Below, in pieces: positions 20,401-26,700 of a stretch of DNA of 64,000 nucleotides (positions are counted from its first letter, which is position 1; the number at the start of each line of letters is the position of its first letter). Under the pieces are notes generated by a model that saw nothing but the letters and a program-made list of their open reading frames with translations, searched no databases and had not been told where the DNA came from. The translations under genes and the position numbers were made by a program. The stretch lies in NCBI GenBank assembly GCA_963588075.1, contig CAVAGO010000001.1, forward strand, positions 15,753 to 79,752, in the 5' to 3' direction. This DNA comes from a bacterium (lineage in GTDB: Bacteria; Bacillota_I; Bacilli_A; RF39; UBA660).

Positions 20401-23400
20401 CTTTTGAATTTGAACTTTATTAGCAAATTTAGTCCAATCAATTTTATCTATTGGAGTATCATCTGTAAGACTTTGAATAAGTCCAGCATATTTATCTAAT
20501 TCACCAGCAGCAGTAATACGACGAATCCATTCTTCAAGAGTAATATAAGATTGAGCATCATTAACATTAACTCCACCTTTAAATGGTTCTAGTATTCGTT
20601 CTCTATCTTTTTTATCAAGTCCAGCTTTTTTAAGTTGATTATCAAGTCTATCAATAACAACTTTATCAGAAGCTTTAAAAGTATTATAAATAGTAACACC
20701 TCTAAATTTATCTTGAAGAACTACTTTTTTACGTTTAGTAACTCCATTAACAGTATAAGGAACAGTAACAGCATTATCTTTAATAGTTATATCATATAAA
20801 TCAGTAGCTATATCTAAATCATTTTTAGTAAAATCAGTATTACCAAAAGGATTACCACTAGCTTGTACTTCTTTAATACGTTTTAGAATAGTTTGACCAT
20901 TCTTATAAAAACTTTGGTCACCACCATACATATCGTACATACTATCTCTAACAAGATAATCATTAACTAGAAATTCAGCTAAAGATTCATTATTAATCTT
21001 ATCATCAATAAATGTACCATATTTATTTTTAAGTTCTTTATAACCATTAGTTATATATTCATTTAACCAATCAGCAACAGTATCTTCAAGAGCAATACGT
21101 TGTTCTCCATTAAGAACTACTTGATTATTAACATAGCTAAGTCCACGTGTAGACCCCCCGTAGAGGATGTCAATAGTCTTACTATACCCAATTAGTTCAT
21201 TAAATGCTCCATTACTATTAGGAGTAATTTTACTAACTAAACGTTTAAAACTAAATACTCTACCAGCTAAAACTTTGTGTCCATCTTTAGTAGTAAATAC
21301 ATTACCTTTTCCATCTTTATGGTATTGATTATAAAAATGTTCAGGTTTATTATTATAAGTATCACTAAATTCAAAATCTCCATTAGTTAAAATAGGATTA
21401 CCATTAGCATTAGTTTTAAACATTACATTAACAGCTTGAGCCATATTAGTAAGTTCTTGAATAGCTATATTATAATATTGTTTAAATAATGGATGTTCTC
21501 TATTTATAATTTTAGTTCCATCTTCTAGTTGACTACGTAATCCAGCAAGACTATATCTAGGAGCAGTAATAGTAAAGTTTTTAGGAGCATCACTAGGTAT
21601 GGGAAGTAAATAATTAGCAGTAGGAGTTTCAGAATTATTAATATCAGTCATAAATAATCCCATAGCAGTAATTAAATAATCACCATCACTCATACTACGA
21701 TATAAGTCATTATTGTTATTATCTAATTCGCTAATACCATTAAGAAGAGAAGTCTTAAACATACTACGAGCATATTCAGTAAGTTTAGGAGTTCCATTTC
21801 CAACTCTTCTAAATAATCCATAATTAATTATATTACCATTACTATCTCTATGTTCAAGAAGTAAATTACTATAATCATATTGATGACTAGCAAACTTTTG
21901 TCTAGCATAAGCTTCAACCATAGCGTTTTGCTCTTCGACAGTAGATTTATCATCATTAATAATTTTAGCAATATTAGTAATAAAACTTCTATTAATAACA
22001 TCAGAACTTAAATTACCTTCAGGATTACGAGAATTAAGTTCAACAGGAATATAAATAATATCTTTAAAAACATCAGCCATTTGATATATAATAGAAGTAT
22101 CACCTCTATTAATAAAACTATCAGGCATTTTAGTTCCTTTATCCTTTTTAAGCGCTTCTACATATTTATTATAATTTTCAACTGTACGATTAATAACATT
22201 AGCAAAATTAATAAGATTATTAGCCATAGCTACACGACCAATCTTAGCAATAGCTAAATTAAAACTAGCTTGATTAATATCTGGAAATATTTCTTTAAAA
22301 GCATCATATAAATAAAGATTAGCATGAGGAGTATTTTTATATCTATCATATATACGAAACTTTTCACGAGCAGTAGGAACACGATTAGTAATAATATTAT
22401 TCTTAACATTATTATAAAAAGTATTCTGTAAAATAGTACGAGAATCAGTATTAGGATTAGTTACACGAGCACGAACATAACTATTACCATTAGAATCAGT
22501 TTGAATATAAGTTTCAATTTTAGATATAATAGGTTTATTAAACACCATCATATACTTATTAGCAAATACTTTATTTTTGCTAAGTAAATCATGTAATTGA
22601 ATTAAACATTCACAATTTGGAATAGTTTCAGATATACGTTTAAGACTAGCTATAAAATTATCTACATTACTAGTATCAGCACTAGCATATAATATTTTAG
22701 ATAAATAATTAGCATCAGAAAAAGTAACAACTCCTAATTCATTATTAGTATCAAAAGGATAACTTCCATTATTAAGTTGAGAAGCAGCAGTAAGTTTAGG
22801 TAAACTTGCAAGATGATATTTAATAATTTCTTCTACGTGTTTATTAAAATCTTTAACTTCACCAATACTTAAATTCCAAAGTTGAGTCATTAAATCAATA
22901 CCATCATCTATACTATTTTCATCACCTTCAGTAGAAGTTTCATCAAGATAACCGCCTAATTCTTCATAATCAGTAGTTTGATATAACTCATCTCGTTTAA
23001 TAAGTTTAGCTACATTTTTATTATTAAAAAGAGCTTCATTAAATTCAGTATTAGTTAAAGAACGAAGTAATGCTCCATAATTAAAATCTTTAGCATCACC
23101 ATATTTACGAAGAAATGCTCCAAGACCATTAATTTTAATAGCAGGACTTGGATTATTAATAAAACTATTAAGTTCATTATTTTTAACTTCATCACTTCCG
23201 GCTAATTTCTTAGCACGTTTAAGTCCAGCATTAATAACAGTTTCATTAGTACGTTTTTTAATTTCATTAAAATTTAATGGAGCACCATTATATAGAAAAT
23301 TAAAACTAAGTTTGTTCATAATATCAGCCATATAAGTAATAGCTGTATCTCTAGCTTTAATTGTACTAAACAAACCACGTTCTTCTTTTTCAGCAACAGA

Positions 23401-23634
23401 AGCTATATCATCCATATTACGGAGTTTAATAGCTCTAGCTTCAAGAAGAGCATTATAAGCTTGTCTTCCAGAAGTTTTAACATTAATACCTCTATCAGCT
23501 ATAATCTTTTTAAAGATTGGGTCTTCAACCATAGCTATAAGACTATAATAATCAGCATTATTAGAACCATGTTCTTTAATAATAATGTTATTAAGATTAT
23601 TATATCCTACAAGTTTAATATTTCCACAACTCAT
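11422..23634 (-). CDS. giant virion-packaged RNA polymerase-like protein (crAss gp66-type vRNAP fused to large extra regions), 4070 aa
   Basis: Uninterrupted 12.2-kb ORF. TQTGSDFDVDSVYG carries a DxDxD metal-binding motif (DFDVD at 19324-19338, about residue 1433), like the DFDID-type catalytic loop of the phi14:2 gp66 double-psi-beta-barrel vRNAP (from memory). Its position at the distal end of the structural operon is typical for crAss-like phages. Confidence 0.8.
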   Translation of the reverse strand: MSCGNIKLVGYNNLNNIIIKEHGSNNADYYSLIAMVEDPIFKKIIADRGINVKTSGRQAYNALLEARAIKLRNMDDIASVAEKEERGLFSTIKARDTAITYMADIMNKLSFNFLYNGAPLNFNEIKKRTNETVINAGLKRAKKLAGSDEVKNNELNSFINNPSPAIKINGLGAFLRKYGDAKDFNYGALLRSLTNTEFNEALFNNKNVAKLIKRDELYQTTDYEELGGYLDETSTEGDENSIDDGIDLMTQLWNLSIGEVKDFNKHVEEIIKYHLASLPKLTAASQLNNGSYPFDTNNELGVVTFSDANYLSKILYASADTSNVDNFIASLKRISETIPNCECLIQLHDLLSKNKVFANKYMMVFNKPIISKIETYIQTDSNGNSYVRARVTNPNTDSRTILQNTFYNNVKNNIITNRVPTAREKFRIYDRYKNTPHANLYLYDAFKEIFPDINQASFNLAIAKIGRVAMANNLINFANVINRTVENYNKYVEALKKDKGTKMPDSFINRGDTSIIYQMADVFKDIIYIPVELNSRNPEGNLSSDVINRSFITNIAKIINDDKSTVEEQNAMVEAYARQKFASHQYDYSNLLLEHRDSNGNIINYGLFRRVGNGTPKLTEYARSMFKTSLLNGISELDNNNNDLYRSMSDGDYLITAMGLFMTDINNSETPTANYLLPIPSDAPKNFTITAPRYSLAGLRSQLEDGTKIINREHPLFKQYYNIAIQELTNMAQAVNVMFKTNANGNPILTNGDFEFSDTYNNKPEHFYNQYHKDGKGNVFTTKDGHKVLAGRVFSFKRLVSKITPNSNGAFNELIGYSKTIDILYGGSTRGLSYVNNQVVLNGEQRIALEDTVADWLNEYITNGYKELKNKYGTFIDDKINNESLAEFLVNDYLVRDSMYDMYGGDQSFYKNGQTILKRIKEVQASGNPFGNTDFTKNDLDIATDLYDITIKDNAVTVPYTVNGVTKRKKVVLQDKFRGVTIYNTFKASDKVVIDRLDNQLKKAGLDKKDRERILEPFKGGVNVNDAQSYITLEEWIRRITAAGELDKYAGLIQSLTDDTPIDKIDWTKFANKVQIQKNFYYDLYYDTTVGIEVPRQVKNAEFVLIPKLIKGTELEKVYNIMTNRGVHQINTVETVKVTQHNRMTLWNNDGVLTDEALKEFDNNVFDNSELFSYNYLYRQQEVPQHMVDASNKAAIQIMKKMLDNLPNRTELNELKNKVFNNYVANIRNSFEKTCAELGIGLDSNGHIDLNSNGTIKNLNRFVFFDRFKENAQQQGVEKALLEFFDLDSAGFNNLPLFLSNINSKLESIANSYFNTNITRQLISGWHAAQLSDFGFKVDKQTQTDSKLQYKKIGEVDGTPVYYTEIKLPRWSSKLKGLNIEQVPDSLRTMIGYRIPTEGKQSICIMYVKEFLPDAYGSTVVVPDEWVTQTGSDFDVDSVYGMSKTFNLVKGVPTEITHARYTKDEVGYINYVKDNVDKASRKILGKTYNKQGNIRASLKNSEDAINATLEGYNGNLKVVEKIANDGGLKSYESYLKLPVEDTSSQAARTNAIIQSFIDIFNNPAAFEENTTTSNFENVKEANETYAEIVGANKTTVAPSDFFTQLDWFDAATSGIKLKGISVNRDTFMSIGNVTKANHSEGIKVMYTTDVISEQEAVNRYGKENVETIGNKHIRITHKNFGWSGDDKNVDGYLINPYSSQTTAHILDVMKEGAIHNENTYTFNAFKTIVDFGSNYDTAIGFMWQPAIDILVRKWKETNSVLAEGTKNPLTEAIREVAHNLGFGEKVNFAGRKKLIETIDKSYGETFKKLFNLSVSDAFSSPDLIFSSDAYKSRLRGEMNGVQQALFDLYVLAQFNRLNSIGQDISNNLNILSADKYGAKQSFYASDKVFRDARTVIENSNIYAPSSTGGQTLLLESVFPDISGGIDAFIKSDISKSSYPSLAAFLQMSTALSVKATQQVFETANPVFIDYVYRIAEWTKGGIMTEKLYNDYKDYLINKLEVGNNGSSYLNLPVTVVNGDFVHPKYIKEYGTGQSRALEVGRVSGTLVNIKTDDVVVKNIFEPTQTEIDVFARLTPAQKVDWIKRNFSQDGSVFEHIEIVANDERNNRRNVNIQYINYIQGDITNDEAHRLFDRAWNHPNPLIKLTALDLVKYAFIVESHKFRTRNISRLISNTPLRGLSEGGIAIGDIAMKGINSYGFVDKDNVEDIIGFIRKNYNSFNCPSYTFKRLTNNKINYSLKRSGIITFNGQENLDNVGIIRNGDAINVIRINRNLYIKGTYDGTLAYYPIDRLESFETYNSIEPSIIANNNIHKPLAVLLYKGLTQQEKQDKFIDGIKDNINEAVNKGYKEVPELYGKYISDEYFQPFMNTPFENNTIYTINDKFYLNINGTTAINLSDDLQQYKAKYPNIEDSKLGLFIEINENEIDRVTSNTDRYSSVDDQTPIGRFAKNASLIISRAVRHGQPAAQNVLNALNNAEINYLDSSSLSDNSEFSLSVIANYIDVEANNILNDINRFIKIDGIDKPINDKDVIGKVLKDEQLQNRFLDVILSANTFKNKYKLISEIDIDSTNLDDKTKENIRKIQKLVNQVDSNTTVHSARKDWFERWIQLRTTNPNYISGLMKEFDAYGDTGFMDYWIQDIRANRNFVLQNILKDVMGTVEEGRLNGIKEANDFRNYLKELKSRAAKDGKSVSLDSIIDDDGRLIQPNNPIWEEKIKKYRDAAIEAEQKFGINSIEHLIALSNKAKFIDMTTIHQLKPITVQDEDGNNVTIEYSTYIINLERSLLGLKKGDDGIPKEFAEYKRLNGRIRDILSQATDNVTTQSQDEELGRIYAQMDSLTSLYDEDGNKKIGHDLNVAERLRAYQTNIRKIKEMFYDKQAKEGFDSKLKEQLSIISKYESQRDANGNLLISMEELMKVPEYREAKEWIRKNTRYILDIKDIEDLNWAFEELKDANKGNSVLNLAIKEFQAKDEFNVVDGRKIPEERAALIKAETVRKYKYTKGNGMPYVGIIRSAEDELRIYRADFYNYLTGNKSKSEEEINVGEAINKILEKYFDNATRTLNTADISQEDLEQLKTGFEVFNEITRGEKSTDKAKAKRVAEFIESECDVTYNWKQYELDKNRAFAKGKKYYDKWLEVFSEQVEENGTIAERPNRTIYGIIKPKDLDKWTDIDRTAAINILQKRTRETTTQYYYIKEREVLDKYGIDSVEYKQWYRDNHYFDPYTRTIKPIRIWTTMQMIKDDGSAVVGNYEPRINQMHITPKEELVNPEYSSFVNKYKVGTGYDNPNYTNLNEYQLELMNKVNELMKKYCFTNSNKRYVDMGYLPALPKSKDMTVKDYFEQALSFLGWTANVPNNTSWRNNEDLTFDKDYDIPNPRLIQLVNKDTQQLPTIPKFKELNESDEEFSKRKAAAIKARDEIIEKNNKIHNDILNRNWEEVFNSFLIESNRYNAIKTVKNLLYTADQIITSNTAYDINYKGSITENREASAGGEIEYKQEKQTRTSEHLRSFIRRLVFEQYKDNKTPNLVKLGSLAQNIAGSKYMMMNITGGIANVLTGSSNIFMERAAGEYINLKDWEAGKSEWIKGTVSYMANMYSENSSTLQDAIIKLSHVVDFDRVTEVSTAEGLRENIRRVRGLLFSPQSVGEHYMQNVMLFAMLKSHRLVDNGRGGYDIMSKEMYHRKAEQDALMSVINTPRGGENQALLEQFNKFMDDAKADNKKRAKYNLFKANPIFDFVKTYLNEEQQREYIAKRKELIKNIDKKFAKLPDIYNQFELKDGIAQIKSDSKLTLKEYAKFIDKVREVNKKVHGVYDKLGSANIEQHWWGGMVMQYHKHLYPGFKKRYRWNGYYNETLGTVEKGSYTSLYDYLTIPFKESNAGEINNVSDVLKAFQVYGKNLLSFAVNFKLNYELLPEHEKANIRRNLGDLLYVGAAIIGAIAITGMGGDDDESIIYNLMLYHADRLASEAASFTPFGAYAEGKKLWSSPVAIGQTINDLIGTTAMAARFLIEEDFTEEYTTGRYKGMNKFEVMAVRNIPVVRSINRVLDLPNNNSYYKLDENILSIIPYKDIAKDIFE
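12550..12570 (-). repeat. GC-motif copy, G-type (C-run on - strand)
   Basis: ctctcctccacggggagtatt, inside the vRNAP CDS, read as NTPRGGE. Confidence 0.9.
17102..17121 (-). repeat. GC-motif copy, degenerate
   Basis: aatcctctaaggggagtatt has 2 mismatches to ATCCTCCACGGGGAGTAT. A GC-rich flank ttccgccctcactc precedes it. Inside the vRNAP CDS, read as NTPLRGLSEGG. Confidence 0.6.
17904..17929 (+). repeat. GC-motif copy, A-type (C-run on + strand)
   Basis: tttgaccccccgtagaggatggagca, inside the vRNAP CDS, read as APSSTGGQ. Confidence 0.9.
19010..19030 (-). repeat. GC-motif copy, G-type
   Basis: gtatcctccacggggagtttc, inside the vRNAP CDS, read as KLPVEDT. Confidence 0.9.
21149..21169 (+). repeat. 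GC-motif copy, A-type
   Basis: gtagaccccccgtagaggatg, inside the vRNAP CDS, read as DILYGGSTR. Confidence 0.9.
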
Positions 23635-23670
23635 AAGTTTATATTTAAGTTTAAATTCATTAATAGTAAT

Positions 23671-23719
23671 ACCTCTATGACTAATGTAAAGTAAAATTTA
23701 ATTACATCGTCATAGAGGT
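23671..23719. other. 11-bp perfect inverted repeat (hairpin) between the two giant genes
   Basis: acctctatgac (23671-23681) and gtcatagaggt (23709-23719) with a 27-nt AT loop that has its own atgtaa/ttacat pairing. A T-rich run follows on the + strand only. Confidence 0.7.
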
Positions 23720-23764
23720 GGTTTTCTTTCGTTCTAAGCGACTTTTGTCTTCGCTCGATTAATT

Positions 23765-26700
23765 CTACATACAGCTAAAACTGATACGTCCTGTGTCAAG
23801 CAAAGTGGCAAATTCGGGCTGTTGTGCTATTGGCAAACGGCTAGTCAATTCAGCCATATTCACCACTATATCATCATCAACACTACTAAACATATCAAGT
23901 CCATCATTAAGATTATCATTATTATAATTATAATCTTGACTATTATCTTCATTAGGATTTTCAGTTTGTTCTGTACTAACAGTTTCTTCTTCAAATTGAA
24001 AAGTTTCTTGAATAGCTTCTTGATTACTTTCTTTAGGCATTTTTTTAATAGCTTTATAAGCATCTCTAGCAGCAGCTAATAAACTATCTTCATTAATCTT
24101 AATACCTAACATATCAGCAATAACTTCAAGAAGTTTACTAAATAAAGTCTTACGTTTATTAACTTTTCTATTATCATATTTAATTTCATTAAGTGCAGTC
24201 ATAAGAGCATTACTAGTAATACTTTCAACTAGAAATTCTTCAAGAGCTTCACTTGTATTAAAGTTCTCAAATAGATAAGGTTTAAGTCTTTCTTTAGTAG
24301 CATCATCTTGAGTATCAAGCCAAGCTTTAAATTTATCATATATAGGTTTAACTAAAGCAAGAGCTTGTTCAGTATTATATTTAGTATAAAGTTGTCTATG
24401 TAAACTTTCATGAAGTATAATATTAACAACTCGATAAACTCTTTGATCAGCAATAGCAGAACGATTAAGCTCAATAGTATCTGTATCACGATGATAAACA
24501 GCATTAACTTGATTACCATTATTATCAGTAATACTATTTACAACTTGAATATTTTTAGGTAAAATATCAATCTTTTGAAGAGAATCAATATAATCAAGAG
24601 CAGTTTGATCATTAGCAAAATACTTTTTAAGTCCACGAGTTAAATTCTTAGCAGTTATAGCAGATTCAAAAGAATTAAAATTAATAGCATTAAGAGTATC
24701 ATCTAACATGAACTCTGATAGCTGTTCAGGTATTGCTCCATCCTCCACGGGGGGTCTACCCTCAAGTTCATAAGTAATATCGAGTTTAGAATGAATATCT
24801 ATTTGCCAATTACCAGCAGTTTCATTAGTATTAGTATTAGCTAATTTAGTTCGAACTAAACCATTACTAATAATAAAATCTTGATAACTATTATAACTAT
24901 AAGTTTTACCATCAATATTTATAATAGTTTTACCATTTTCACGATAAATATATTTATTAGTTTTATCATTAGTTTTTGTACTATCATTAATAAAATCTTT
25001 ACTAATAGCAAATTGAGCATAGTTAAACATTTCATCAATAACAGGACGAAGAGCATTATCTAATTCGTCAATAGTATTAGCATTAATGCCATAACTTTTA
25101 CCTATTTTAAAAGCACTATTAACAACATAAGGAGAATTAATAATAATATTACGTTTATAATTACCAGCATCAGAATTAATAGTAAAAGCATAATCTTTAC
25201 CATTAAAATGTGCACCTTTAACATAAAAGCCTATATTAGTAGGATTAATACTAATTTGAAGTCCAGTATTTCTATCTCCGTTAATAAGTTTATTATTTCC
25301 AAATATATCTCCAAGACTTTGTTTAAGTTCACCAAAACTTATTTTACCACTAATATAATCTTTACAAAGATTATTAACTTCATTCTTAATAGAATTAATA
25401 ATACGTCGAGCATCACCTTTAAGTAGATTACTATTTAATGGAACTTGTTTACAAAAAGCATATAGAGAAGTACCATCACTACTTGGAATACTAATAACAG
25501 GCATACCATTAGTAGTAAGATTTTCAATAATAGTAGGTTTACTTTCTCCATTAAGATATAATTGACCTTGTACAACTACACCAAGTTTATTAATATCTTC
25601 GTTATAATTAACTACTGTTTCTTGTACATCATTCCATTCACCATTAGTATCATCAATAGTATTAAGAACTCCATATTTAACGTTAACAGCTTTAACTTTA
25701 CCTTTAAAATCACCTTTAACTATTGTAATAGCTTGATCATAACTATTAAGAAGATTATTAAACCAACGATTAATACTAGCTTCATGACTATTTTCATAAG
25801 GTTGATTAAATATATATTTAGTAAGATTAACAAGATGTCCAGCTAAATCAAAACTTGCAACAGGAGTAGTAAAATCTCTAACTATATCAGGATATTTAGT
25901 TTCAAATTCTTTAAATAGATTAACAAGTTCTTCTTGTGTAACTTCTTCTTTAACAGCAAGTTCATATAAATGACCAATAAATTCTTCGTCAAATCTATCG
26001 CCATCAAGAATACTAATTAAAGCATCTTTAAGCGGAGAAACAACTTGACCATTTTCAGCATGAATATTATATTTCCAACCTTGATTAATCATATCATAGT
26101 TACCAAACTTATCAATATTTGGAACTCCTATATAACCAATAATTGTATCATTAGCAAATATATCAATACGTTTAAGTTTAACATTATATATAGCTTCTAA
26201 ATAATCACCTTGTTTAATACTAGTAAATGCTTTAACATTTTCATTCTCTACTATATACTTAAGATTAACATTATTAGTATGTTCAACTTGAAGTCTTTCA
26301 AGACGTTCTTTAGCAATACCATCAACATATTGAACAAATTGTCTAGCATTAAGTTTTTTAATAGTTGATTCGTCAGTAGCACGATATTTACCTTGATTAT
26401 TAGTGCTGGCGTAAAGATAGTTTTTTATTTGATTAAACAAGTAATTTTTAATAATTTTATTACCTGTAATACTATCTATATATTCAACTAATTGACCAAT
26501 ACTAAGATATACTTTACCATTAACAATTTTACCTCTAGTATTACCTTCACTATCAACACTATTAGCAAAATCATTCATAACAGCTTCTATATTACGTTCA
26601 TTACCTGTAACAGTAGCATAAGTAGCATTAAGTAATAAACGTCTAGTACTATCATCTTGAACAGAACTATATAAACTACCACCTGTAAGACCATCAATAA

